DNA of 64,000 nt. Origin: an uncultured Gemmatimonadales bacterium (GTDB lineage: Bacteria > Gemmatimonadota > Gemmatimonadetes > Gemmatimonadales > GWC2-71-9). Position numbers and translations under genes: made by a program. The stretch's first letter is position 1, and each line of letters opens with the position of its first letter. The stretch is from positions 416,001 through 480,000 of the forward strand of contig CAWCVB010000006.1 of NCBI GenBank assembly GCA_963798915.1. The letters are read 5' to 3'. Below are positions 20,301-30,129 of this stretch, in pieces. Under the pieces are notes generated by a model. It had not been told where the DNA came from. It worked only from the letters and a program-made list of their open reading frames with translations, and made no database searches.

Positions 20301-21294
20301 TAGAGTGTGGCCGGAGAGAAGAGCGCGCCGAGTCCGAGCAGCGCGTCGGCCGGCGCGCGCGCCGCAACCCAGAGCGGACCGATCAGCAGCAGGTAGCGGC
20401 TCACCGCCGTCCGGGTCACCGCAAGCGCCAGCACCATGACGAGCGCGACGAGCAGGAGCATCGATCGCCCGTTCCGGGTGAACACGCGCGAGCGCGCCTC
20501 GTCCTGCGTGGGGGGAATCGGTTGCACGCTGAACAGCAGCCGCGGACCGGCAGTGGTCGGCTCGGCGTAGTCGAAGATGTCGGGATTGTGCTCCGGTGCT
20601 TCGTTGGGCGGATAGACATGCAGCCCTACTTCAGTCTCGCGCCGGAATCGCTCGGCCACACTTCGCGATCGATCAGGCACCGCGGAGTCGGCCCAGATCA
20701 GCACGCTCGCGACGACCACCCGGCCGGCCGAGTGGCGGCGCGTCTCCAGAAGGACGTAATATCCACTGGTGCGGGCATCGATCGAGTCGCCCGCCGCTGC
20801 CGGAGCCAGCCGGTGCCGCCCGGCCCAGGCCCAGGCGCCCCGGTTGAGTCGAGGATGGCGACGCCCACCTCGGCACCGCTGGCGGGAACTGCGCGGGCGA
20901 GGGCCTCGAAGGCATGCTCCTGGCTCAGCTGGGCCGCCGCGACACCGCGATCGGCCAGGCGGGTGGCGGACCGGAGCGACGATCGAAGCTCGCCGCCGAC
21001 GCGAGCGCCATAGGCGGTGATGCGCTCCTCGCGCTGCGCCGGCCAGTCGTCGGCGATCTGCTTGAGATGCCAGGCGCTGTACGCCAGCTCGGCGCTCAGG
21101 AGCAGGACGAGCCCGCCGAGCACCACCGGCAGCACCCGCCGCTGGGCGACGCAAAGCCCCGCCGCAACCAGTGCGGCCCCAGCCGCGCAGGCTGCCCACG
21201 GCGTGGAGGGTGCATGCAGCCACTCGGCCGTCGCGATCACTGTGGCGACGACCATCACCAGCCACCATTGAGCCCGATGCCTCACGACCGACAT
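17305..21294 (-). CDS. Large multi-TM sensor histidine kinase (NtrY-like), split by three apparent frameshifts
   Basis: HAMP, PAS-like region, MARQVAHEIKNPLTP, NLLENA, VEDDGTG and GSGLGL. The upstream TM region continues across frames near 20838, 20248 and 19567. Start uncertain. Confidence 0.8.
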
Positions 21295-21990
21295 CCATGG
21301 CGCCTGAAGGAAATGACGCCCGGCACGCTCCACGAACGACTGGCCGAGCGGCCCGCGCTCATCGTGCCCGTGGGCACCACCGAGCAGCACGGACCACACC
21401 TTCCGCTGGGCTGCGATTCCCTGATTGTCGAACGCCTGGCAGATGATCTCTCCGCGCTTGCGGGGGTGCCGCGCACGCCCACGGTGGAATACGGCGTGCA
21501 TGCGCCGATCCCAACGTTTCCTGGGGGAGCCTCGCTCTCCCGGAAGACTCTGCACCGGGTCATGAACGAACTTATCGCGTCCTGGGAGCTGGGGGCAGGC
21601 GTCAAGGAGTTTCTCATCCTCACGGCACAGGCCAATGATGCCCATCAGGAGGCGCTCAGCACGATTCGCACCGACTCGGCGCGGGTGCTGGCGGTGGACA
21701 TCTTCGACCTGGATTTCGGTGACCGCCTCGAACGGCCTGAGGATCCCGTCCAAGGTGGCGAATTGGACACCTCGCTCCTGCTCTTCATCGCACCCGACCT
21801 GGTCAGGATGGACGTGGCGCAGGACTATGTGCTGCCCACCAATGGCGACTACCGGCCCGGCACGACCAGGCGGGCCCCGGCAGGGTTTCCCGGCTCAGTT
21901 GGATTTCCCAGTCTCGCGACGGCCCAGAAAGGCGAACGGCTGTATACATTCATTCTTGAGCAGGTACAACGCTGTCTGAACGCCTGCTAA
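21277..21990 (+). CDS. Creatininase/MftE-family protein
   Basis: PVGTTEQHGPHLPLGCD, FPGGASLS, GGELDTSL and GSVG-PSLATAQKG. Start at 21277 or 21313. Confidence 0.85.
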   Translation: MPHDRHPWRLKEMTPGTLHERLAERPALIVPVGTTEQHGPHLPLGCDSLIVERLADDLSALAGVPRTPTVEYGVHAPIPTFPGGASLSRKTLHRVMNELIASWELGAGVKEFLILTAQANDAHQEALSTIRTDSARVLAVDIFDLDFGDRLERPEDPVQGGELDTSLLLFIAPDLVRMDVAQDYVLPTNGDYRPGTTRRAPAGFPGSVGFPSLATAQKGERLYTFILEQVQRCLNAC

Positions 21991-22019
21991 GGCGCCCGAG
22001 CTTTCGCGGAGAGGTCCGG

Positions 22020-22659
22020 ATGCGAACTCTTGCAGTCGTCATGTTGACCATCGCCGTTCCGGTATCGATGCAGGCCCAGCAGAATGCGTCGCTGACCTAT
22101 GCCATTTCCCGGGATGGTGCCACTATCGGGGAAGAAGTCACCTCCCTGACTGCTGGCGATGCCCGGAATCCGGGCGGCAGCACCCTCGTGATCCGGGCGC
22201 ACTACCCGGGTTCGCCCCGCGACTCAGCGATCGAGGCCATGCTGCAGCGCGACCGCGATCATCAGCTGATTCTCTTTCAGCTGGACCTGCATGAGGAGAC
22301 GGGCGGCACCACCATCCTTGCCGCCGGATCCGGTGCCAGAGTGCTGCTCCGCACTGACACGCCTGGAAGTCGGGCCGTTCGAGAAGTTCCGGCTGGCGAG
22401 AATGTGGTGCTGCTCGATGATCATGTCCTGGGGCTGTACCAGGCGGTTGCCGACCTGGCGACGTCGGCCGGCGCCTCGCATCATCGGGATCTATCCGAGA
22501 ACCGGCCGGAGGGTGCAGTTTCAGGCGCGGCTTGGCGACGCGGACCACGGCCGGCGCATCACCCTGTCGGGCCAACTGACCGGAACCCTGCTCGTCGACA
22601 CCGAGGGACGGATGACCCGGGCCGAATTTCCGTCCGGACTGGTCGCCTCCGTCCGCTGA
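22020..22659 (+). CDS. Exported hypothetical protein with one apparent frameshift near 22476
   Basis: Signal peptide. The sequence continues plausibly in the +1 frame (RIIGIYPRTGRRVQF...LVDTEGRMTRAEF). Confidence 0.6.
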
Positions 22660-22778
22660 CCATCGCCACCCAACCGCTTGTGGGAACATGAGAAGGGCCG
22701 GCATCGTCGCAAGCTGAAACTTGCGAAACCCTGGCTCCGTAAGAGCGTCTGTACCGACACCTGAACGAGGACTCGTAC

Positions 22779-24293
22779 ATGCAGCGATTCAACGCCCTCC
22801 TGGTCATCGCCCTGGCTCTCCCGGCAGCGCTTCGCGCGCAGGACAGCACCCAGGCGGCACCCATCCGGGCGACTCTCACTCTGAGTGAGGCCTTGTCGCA
22901 GGCCCGAGCCAACAGCCCCGAGTATCGTCAGGTGCTCAACGACGCCGGGCCGGCGCGCTGGGCGGTTCGCAATGCCTATTCCAGCCTGTTCCTCCCCAGT
23001 GCCAGTGCGAGCCTCGGTCTGGGCTACACCGGCGCGGGCAGTTCACCGTTTGGCGGCCGCGAGTTTGTCCAGACCTCGCCCAGCTACAACTCCAATTACG
23101 GCATTGACCTCGGCTGGCGGCTTGACGGCCAGACGCTGACGGCGCCTGGAAGGGCCAAGGCAAACCAGCGCGCCACATCCGAGCAGATCGCGGCCGGCGC
23201 AGTGCGGCTCAAGGCTGATGTCACGACGCAGTACCTGAGTGCATTGCAGGCGGTGGCGCAAGTAGAGGTTGCGCAACAACAGGTCAGACGCAACGACGAC
23301 TTCCTGAAGCTGGCTCAGGCGCGGTACCAGGTGGGGCAGACCACGCTTCTGGACGTCAGGCAGGCGGAGGTCACCAAGGGCACGTCCGAGGTGGCGCTGC
23401 TTCGTGCCGAGCAGACGTCCAACGATGCCAAGCTCGAGCTTTTCAGGTTGATCGGTATCGAGCCACCCGTTCCAGTCGATCAGGTCGCGCTACCAGACAG
23501 TTTTCCGGTGATGGAGCCACAATTTGAGCTCCCAGCCCTCTTGCAGGCAGCGGAGCAGCAGAATCCCTCCTTGCGTGCCCTGCGTGCGCAGGAGGATGCC
23601 GCGGGCTCAAGCGTGACCGCCGCCAAGTCGCAGTATCTGCCCACGCTGAACGTCAGCGCCGACTGGAATGGCTTCACCCAGGAATTCTCCAATGAAAGTC
23701 TGCTCCTCAGTCAGCAGCTCTCCGGAGCTCAGGCGGGCTACTCCTCCTGCCTGGAGAACAATCAGATCCGGACGAACGCCGGCCTGATGCCCAATGACTG
23801 TCTGGCGGTCAATGGCTTGCAGGATCAGAGCACGCTCGATCCGGCCGTGGTTTCGGCGTTCCACGAGCGTAACAACGTGTTCCCTTTCAACTTCTCGCGG
23901 CAGCCCTTCACTGCCCGGCTGAGTCTCTCACTTCCCATTTTCAATGGGTTTGCGCGCGAGCTGGATGTCGCCCAGGCACAGAGCCAGCGAGAGGATGCTC
24001 AGGAGCAGGTGCGCGCCAGCCGCCTCCTGGTGAGGAAGACGGTACAGAGCGACTATCTCGCCGTGCAAACCGCCTTCAAGTCCATCGCCGTGCAGGAGGC
24101 CGCCCGCAACGCGGCGCGCGACCAGCTGCGTCTGGCGCAGGACCGCTATCGCCTGGGCAGTGGCACCGCGCTGGAACTCTCAGACGCGCAGAACGCCGTG
24201 CAGACGGCCGAGGGCGCGTACGTGAATGCCATTTACGGATACCATATTGCCGTCGCCGCGCTGGAAGCGGCGGTCGGCCGTCCCCTTCGCTAA
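22779..24293 (+). CDS. TolC-family outer membrane efflux protein
   Basis: Signal peptide and two OEP repeats (LTLSEAL...ANSP; RYQVG; YLPTL; RYRLG). First gene of the ABC operon. Confidence 0.92.
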   Translation: MQRFNALLVIALALPAALRAQDSTQAAPIRATLTLSEALSQARANSPEYRQVLNDAGPARWAVRNAYSSLFLPSASASLGLGYTGAGSSPFGGREFVQTSPSYNSNYGIDLGWRLDGQTLTAPGRAKANQRATSEQIAAGAVRLKADVTTQYLSALQAVAQVEVAQQQVRRNDDFLKLAQARYQVGQTTLLDVRQAEVTKGTSEVALLRAEQTSNDAKLELFRLIGIEPPVPVDQVALPDSFPVMEPQFELPALLQAAEQQNPSLRALRAQEDAAGSSVTAAKSQYLPTLNVSADWNGFTQEFSNESLLLSQQLSGAQAGYSSCLENNQIRTNAGLMPNDCLAVNGLQDQSTLDPAVVSAFHERNNVFPFNFSRQPFTARLSLSLPIFNGFARELDVAQAQSQREDAQEQVRASRLLVRKTVQSDYLAVQTAFKSIAVQEAARNAARDQLRLAQDRYRLGSGTALELSDAQNAVQTAEGAYVNAIYGYHIAVAALEAAVGRPLR

Positions 24294-24305
24294 CAAGGAC
24301 GACTC

Positions 24306-25601
24306 ATGTCGCGTGGGAAGAAGGTCGGGATCTTCGCAGCCGCCGCCGTTGTGCTCATCGTCGCGCTGGTCATGATGGGCCGGGCCCGGAAGAAGAACGC
24401 CGGCACGGAGGTGCGCTTGGAGAAGGCGAGCCGCCGCAGTCTCGTGTCGGCTGTCACGGCGAGTGGCAAGATCGACGCCAAGACCTCGGTGGACATCAGC
24501 GCCGATATTACCGGGCGCATCACCAAGATCGGCGTCAAGGAGGGCGACCTGGTCAAGCAGGGCCAATTCCTCCTGCAGATCGATCCGACGCAGTATCAGG
24601 CCGCCGTGGCCCGGTCGCAGGGGCTGGTGGCCTCATCCCAGGCCGCCACCATCCAGGCGAAAGCAACCCGTGATCAGGCCGAGCGGGCGCTGAGCCGGGC
24701 CACCCAGCTGTCCAAGTCGGGCTCGAACCTCATCGCGCCGGAGGCGGTGGAGCAGGCGCAGACAGCATTCGACGTCGCGGTCGCCAATTTCAACGCCAGC
24801 AGGGCCCAGCTGGATCAGTCCCGGGCGTCGCTCCGCGAAGCCGAAGACCAGCTCTCCAAGACGCGGCTGGTGGCCCCCATGGACGGTCGGGTTGTCCGGG
24901 TGGCCAAGGAAGTGGGCGAAGTCGCAGTACCCAGCACCTTCTCCAGCGCGGAAGGCCTGCTGGTGACCGTGGCCGATCTCAGCGTGATCCTGGCGACGGT
25001 ACAAGTGGACGAAACCGATGTGGTGCGGCTGGCGCTGGGCGATTCGGTACAGATCACCATCGACGCCTTCCCCGACACGACCTTCGTCGGCAGGGTCACC
25101 AAGGTCAGCAACAGCGCGGTGCTGAGCGCCACCCAGACTTCTTCCGGCTCGCAGGACCGGGCGGTGGACTTCGAAGTCGAGGTGACGCTGGATGATCCGC
25201 CGCAGGACGTGCGCCCCGATCTCAGTTGCACTGCCCGCATCGTCACCGCGACCCGCACCAATGTGGTCAGCGTGCCGATCATTGCCCTCACAGTCCGGGA
25301 TAACGAGCCGGTACCCAACGAGGAAGCGGGCAAGCAGAAGGCCGCCGCGCCGCCCCGGCCGGATACCGCTGGTGCTGCGAAGAAGAAGGACACCGAAGGC
25401 GTCTTTGTCGTCCAGGAGGGCGTTGCGCACTTCCGGCCGGTCAAGGTCGGCATCACCGGGGACGAATACTTCGAGATCACGAACGGGCTCCGAGACGGCG
25501 AAACCATCGTCGCCGGCACCTACCAGGCGATCCGCGACCTCAAGGACGGTGACAAGGTCAAGGCCACCCAGGCGCCGGAGATGAAGGGAGCGAAGAGCTG
25601 A
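24306..25601 (+). CDS. MacA-like periplasmic adaptor subunit
   Basis: N-terminal [28 protein letters not shown] and GLRDGE. Confidence 0.93.
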   Translation: MSRGKKVGIFAAAAVVLIVALVMMGRARKKNAGTEVRLEKASRRSLVSAVTASGKIDAKTSVDISADITGRITKIGVKEGDLVKQGQFLLQIDPTQYQAAVARSQGLVASSQAATIQAKATRDQAERALSRATQLSKSGSNLIAPEAVEQAQTAFDVAVANFNASRAQLDQSRASLREAEDQLSKTRLVAPMDGRVVRVAKEVGEVAVPSTFSSAEGLLVTVADLSVILATVQVDETDVVRLALGDSVQITIDAFPDTTFVGRVTKVSNSAVLSATQTSSGSQDRAVDFEVEVTLDDPPQDVRPDLSCTARIVTATRTNVVSVPIIALTVRDNEPVPNEEAGKQKAAAPPRPDTAGAAKKKDTEGVFVVQEGVAHFRPVKVGITGDEYFEITNGLRDGETIVAGTYQAIRDLKDGDKVKATQAPEMKGAKS

Positions 25602-26302
25602 TGAATCCGGATGTGCTGCGGGTGGTGGGCCTCGAGCGCCGCTATGACATGGGGGGAGAAGTGGTGCATGCTCTGCGCGGCGTCACGGTCACCATCCGCC
25701 GCAACGAGTACGTGGCGATCATGGGTCCCTCCGGCTCGGGCAAGTCCACCATGATGAACATCCTCGGTTGCCTCGACACGCCCGATGCCGGCGAGTACTG
25801 GCTGAATGACCAGGAGGTCTCTCGCCTCGACGATGACGCGCTGGCCCGGGTGCGCAACCGGGAGATCGGGTTCGTGTTCCAGACCTTCAACCTGCTGCCG
25901 CGCGCCTCGGCGCTGCACAACGTGGAACTGCCGCTGATTTACGCTGGACTCTCGTCGGCCGACCGGCGCAGCCGCGCCGAAGCGGCGCTCAGCCGGGTGG
26001 GACTGGCGGACCGGATGCACCACCGGCCCAACGAGCTGTCGGGTGGCCAGCGCCAGCGGGTGGCGATTGCGCGTGCCCTGGTCAACCGTCCCAGCATCCT
26101 GCTGGCTGATGAGCCCACCGGGAACCTGGACAGCACCACCAGTGAAGAGATCATGGCGGTCTTCGAGGAATTGCACGCCGAAGGCCAGACCGTTGTCATG
26201 GTGACCCACGAACCTGACATCGCGGCGCACGCGGAGCGCGTCATCACCCTGCGTGACGGCATCGTCGAATCGGACCGCCGGCCCCGGGAAAGCGCGGCCT
26301 GA
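25601..26302 (+). CDS. ABC transporter ATP-binding protein (MacB/LolD type)
   Basis: [27 protein letters not shown] and VTHE. Confidence 0.95.
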   Translation: MNPDVLRVVGLERRYDMGGEVVHALRGVTVTIRRNEYVAIMGPSGSGKSTMMNILGCLDTPDAGEYWLNDQEVSRLDDDALARVRNREIGFVFQTFNLLPRASALHNVELPLIYAGLSSADRRSRAEAALSRVGLADRMHHRPNELSGGQRQRVAIARALVNRPSILLADEPTGNLDSTTSEEIMAVFEELHAEGQTVVMVTHEPDIAAHAERVITLRDGIVESDRRPRESAA

Positions 26303-26303
26303 G

Positions 26304-27545
26304 ATGCCGCTGCTTGAAGCGGTCCGCATGGCGCTCCGCGCCATCTGGGCGCAGAAGCTCAAGAGCTTCTTTTCGCTGATCGGTGTCCTGATCGGCGTCA
26401 CCTTCCTGATCGCGGTCGTCTCCATCGTCCAGGGCATGAACGTGTACATGGAGGAGCAGTTCGCCGACAAGCTGGTCGGCATCAACACCTTCCAGCTGCG
26501 CCAGCGTCCCGGCATCGTGATGGAAAACCTGGACGAGGAAGTCTGGCGCGCCTGGCAGCGCCGGCCGCGGATTACCTACGCCGATGCGCGATACATCCGT
26601 GACCGGCTGCCGGCCTCGATCCAAACCTCCATGTACTGCGCCGACAATGTCGACATCAGTTACAACGGCAAGCAGGCCAAGGGCATCCAGTTGGTTGGCG
26701 TGGAGGATACCTACTTCCGCATCAAGAACTACGAAATCGGGGCAGGCCGCGCGTTCAGTGCACAGGAAGTCCGCGCGGGAACACCGGTGGTGGTGATCGG
26801 CTCCCTGGTCGGGGAAAAGCTGTTTGCCGGGGCAGATCCAGTGGACAAGAGCGTGGCGATCGCGGGATTGCCCTACCGGGTCATCGGCGTCGTCAAGGAA
26901 CAGGGGACGCTGTTCGGCATCTCCCTCGACAAGTTTGCCATCATGCCGTATTCGGCGCCGGCTCGCCGCTGGATCTGCCCTCACAACGTGCTGGACGAGG
27001 TGGAGATCAAGGCGGACAATCCCGCTGCCATGCAGGCGGCCATGGGCCAGGTCGAGGGGCTGATGCGGGCCCGGCGGCACCTGAAGCCACGGGAAGAAAA
27101 CAATTTTGCACTCCAGACTGCCGAGGGCGCCCTCGCAGGGTGGAAGAAAATCTCCAGGATCCTGATGATGGCGCTGCCGGGCCTGGTGGCCATTTCCCTG
27201 GTGGTGGGCGGCATCGTCATCATGAACATCATGCTGATGGCGGTCAGCGAGCGGACCCGCGAAATCGGCATCCGTAAGGCGCTCGGAGCCAAGCGCAGCG
27301 ACATCCTGGCCCAGTTCGTGGTCGAGAGCGCCACGATTTCCCTGGTAGGCGCGGCGCTGGGCATCGGCCTGGGGATCACGCTCGCGATCATCGTCCGGGC
27401 CCTCACCTTCCTGCCAGCGGCCATTGCGCCCTGGTCGGTTGGCGTGGGCGTGGCGCTCGGCGTTTCGGTCGGCCTCGTGGCCGGGGTCTACCCTGCCACG
27501 CGCGCGGCCCGCCTGGATCCGATCCAGGCCCTGCGGTCAGAATAG
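26304..27545 (+). CDS. MacB/FtsX-type ABC permease (type A)
   Basis: GGIVIMNIML-VSERTREIGIRKALGA; ends LDPIQALRSE. Confidence 0.93.
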   Translation: MPLLEAVRMALRAIWAQKLKSFFSLIGVLIGVTFLIAVVSIVQGMNVYMEEQFADKLVGINTFQLRQRPGIVMENLDEEVWRAWQRRPRITYADARYIRDRLPASIQTSMYCADNVDISYNGKQAKGIQLVGVEDTYFRIKNYEIGAGRAFSAQEVRAGTPVVVIGSLVGEKLFAGADPVDKSVAIAGLPYRVIGVVKEQGTLFGISLDKFAIMPYSAPARRWICPHNVLDEVEIKADNPAAMQAAMGQVEGLMRARRHLKPREENNFALQTAEGALAGWKKISRILMMALPGLVAISLVVGGIVIMNIMLMAVSERTREIGIRKALGAKRSDILAQFVVESATISLVGAALGIGLGITLAIIVRALTFLPAAIAPWSVGVGVALGVSVGLVAGVYPATRAARLDPIQALRSE

Positions 27546-27554
27546 GAGAGGCCG

Positions 27555-28796
27555 ATGCACATCTCCCGGGCGTTCGAAGGCGTCGGCATTGCGCTCGACT
27601 CGATTCGCGCCAACAAGGTACGCGCCTTCCTGACCATCCTGGGCGTCGCCATCGGCGTCATGGTGGTGATCGCGATGGCCTCCGCCATCACCGGGATCAA
27701 CCGCGGTGTGCAGAAGGAGCTGGAGAGCCTCGGCCCCAAGACGTTCTTCGTCCAGCGGTATTTCCAGGGCGGGCTCAACATCAGCGACGGCTCCGATGAG
27801 CTCTCGCCCTGGCGGAAGATGCCATGGATCACGGTGGACGAGGCGAAGATGGTCGCCCGGCTTCCGGCGGTGAAGTACGTGGTGTGGAACGAGAACGCCA
27901 GTGGCCCAGTGTCGTATGAGGATACGCATCTCAAGAGTTCCAATATCCGGGGTAACAGCCCCAACTGGATCTATACCTCCGGGGCCACGATCACCGAAGG
28001 GCGGAACTACACGGAGGTGGAGGCTGCATCCAACGCCCATGTCGTGGTCATCAATGACAAGATGGCGGACATGCTCTTCGGGGACCGGGATCCGCTTGAA
28101 CGCCAGATCAAGGTGTACGGCATTCCCTTCACCGTGCTTGGCGTCTACGTGGATGCGGCCGGCCTCTTCAGCGGCACGCCCTCGCCGGTGCTTTCCATGC
28201 CGCACTCCACGTTCACCAAGGTGGCGGACTACTGGAAGGGCTGGATGGATATCGCCGTGACACCGAAGGACGCATACTCGGTCGCCGATGCCCAGGACCA
28301 GGTGACTGCCGCCATGCGAGTGCGCCGGGGGCTTCGGCCCGACCAGGAGAACAACTTTGCGGTCGTGAGTCAGGACCGGCTTCTCCAGTCGTTCAACAGT
28401 GTCACCCAGGGATTCTTCCTGGTCATGCTGGCCCTGTCGAGCGTGGGACTCATGGTCGGCGGCGTCGGGGTGGTGGCCATCATGATGATCTCGGTGACCG
28501 AGCGGACCCGCGAGATCGGCGTCCGGAAGGCGCTTGGTGCGACGCGGCGCGAGATCATGTTCCAGTTCCTGGTCGAGGCGGCGACGCTCACCCTGGTGGG
28601 CGGCGCCTGCGGACTGGCGCTCGGTGCGATGATTTCCTTTGGCATCCGGGCCTGGACGCCGGTCCCGGCGGCCATTCCACTCTGGTCCGTCGTCGTTGCG
28701 GTGGCCGCTTCCATGGTGACCGGCATCTTCTTCGGGCTCTATCCCGCCAGCAAGGCGAGCCGGCTCGATCCAGTGGAGGCGTTGCGGTACGAATAG
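27555..28796 (+). CDS. MacB/FtsX-type ABC permease (type B)
   Basis: GGVGVVAIMMISVTERTREIG; ends LDPVEALRYE. Confidence 0.93.
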   Translation: MHISRAFEGVGIALDSIRANKVRAFLTILGVAIGVMVVIAMASAITGINRGVQKELESLGPKTFFVQRYFQGGLNISDGSDELSPWRKMPWITVDEAKMVARLPAVKYVVWNENASGPVSYEDTHLKSSNIRGNSPNWIYTSGATITEGRNYTEVEAASNAHVVVINDKMADMLFGDRDPLERQIKVYGIPFTVLGVYVDAAGLFSGTPSPVLSMPHSTFTKVADYWKGWMDIAVTPKDAYSVADAQDQVTAAMRVRRGLRPDQENNFAVVSQDRLLQSFNSVTQGFFLVMLALSSVGLMVGGVGVVAIMMISVTERTREIGVRKALGATRREIMFQFLVEAATLTLVGGACGLALGAMISFGIRAWTPVPAAIPLWSVVVAVAASMVTGIFFGLYPASKASRLDPVEALRYE

Positions 28797-28875
28797 ACGG
28801 CGAGACGGCAAGACGGCAAGACGGCAAGACGGCGAGGAAGCAGCCGCCTAGCCAACCTGCCAACTCGCCGTCTAG
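28795..28875. repeat. 5x AGACGGCR tandem repeat plus degenerate inverted arm
   Basis: Five 8-mers at 28795-28834, then gccgccta gccaacct gccaactc gccgtcta at 28843-28874. Confidence 0.9.
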
Positions 28876-28884
28876 TTTCCAGCC

Positions 28885-30129
28885 ATGCCCCTGACCGAAG
28901 CCCTGCGGCTGGCCCTGCAGACCATCGCCTCCAGCAAGCTCCGATCATTCTTCACCCTTCTCGGCATCATTGTCAGCGTCGGATTCCTGGTCACGGTGGT
29001 GGCCATCATCCAGGGCATGAACGCTTATGTCCGCGAGAACCTGACGGGCGCCATCATCGGCACCAATGCCTTCCAGGTGCGACGCGACCCGATTCAGGTC
29101 GGACTTCTGAGTGACAGTACTGTGCGGGCCATCGCCAAGCGTCCCCGTATCACCCAGACAGACGCGGCGGCCATTGCGAGAGCGCTGCCCGATGCCCGCG
29201 CCGTGGCGCTTCAATCCGGCTGGCCGACTCCTTCCGCCGATGTGTCCTGGCGCTCCCAGCAACTGCGGAGCATCCTCACCTTCGGCGTCACTCCGGCGTA
29301 TCAGATTGTCCAGGACTATCAATTTCTCGTCGGGGAGCCGCTCACCGAACCGGATGTGGACCAGCGACGGCTGGTGGCGGTCATCGGTTATGACGTGGCG
29401 GAGAAGCTTTTCGGCGTGCCGGAGTCGGCGGTGGGCAAGCAGATCCGGGTGGCCGGGACACAGCTGACCGTCAAGGGGGTCATTGCCCGGAAGGGGCGGG
29501 TGCTGGGACAGAGCTTCGATTCCTTTGTGCTGCTGCCGCTCCCCACCTTCGAGAGCATCTTCGGCCGGAGACTCACGACCGTGGTCTCGGTCAAGATGCG
29601 CGACGCCGACCAGGTCGGGAACGGCATGGACCGGGCCGAGGAGGCCATGCGCGTGGCCCATCGCCTCCGGCCCAACGAGCCCGACGACTTCACCGTCGAC
29701 AAGGCCGATGCGCTGATGGCCTTCTGGGCGAGCCTGACCGGCCTCCTCTTTGCCATCATCCCCGCCATCGTCTGCATCGGGATCGTGGTCGGGGGCATTG
29801 TCATCATGAACATCATGCTCATGGCCGTGACGGAGCGGACCCACGAGATCGGTATCCGGAAAGCCCTGGGCGCGCGCCAGCGCGACATCCGCCGTCAGTT
29901 CCTGATCGAGGCGATCGTACTTTCGGCCCTGGGAGGCTTGATCGGAATCGCTGCCGGCTGGGGCCTGGCGCTGGTCATTGGCACCGTCTCACCGCTGCCG
30001 GCTCGAGTCACCGCCTGGAGCGTGGCCGTCGCACTGGCACTGGGAGCGGGCACGGGGATCCTCTTTGGCGTCTATCCGGCCGCGCGAGCCGCGCGGCTTG
30101 ATCCGATCGCGGCACTTCGCGCCGAATGA
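28885..30129 (+). CDS. MacB/FtsX-type ABC permease (type A')
   Basis: GGIVIMNIMLMAVTERTHEIG; ends LDPIAALRAE. Confidence 0.93.
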   Translation: MPLTEALRLALQTIASSKLRSFFTLLGIIVSVGFLVTVVAIIQGMNAYVRENLTGAIIGTNAFQVRRDPIQVGLLSDSTVRAIAKRPRITQTDAAAIARALPDARAVALQSGWPTPSADVSWRSQQLRSILTFGVTPAYQIVQDYQFLVGEPLTEPDVDQRRLVAVIGYDVAEKLFGVPESAVGKQIRVAGTQLTVKGVIARKGRVLGQSFDSFVLLPLPTFESIFGRRLTTVVSVKMRDADQVGNGMDRAEEAMRVAHRLRPNEPDDFTVDKADALMAFWASLTGLLFAIIPAIVCIGIVVGGIVIMNIMLMAVTERTHEIGIRKALGARQRDIRRQFLIEAIVLSALGGLIGIAAGWGLALVIGTVSPLPARVTAWSVAVALALGAGTGILFGVYPAARAARLDPIAALRAE

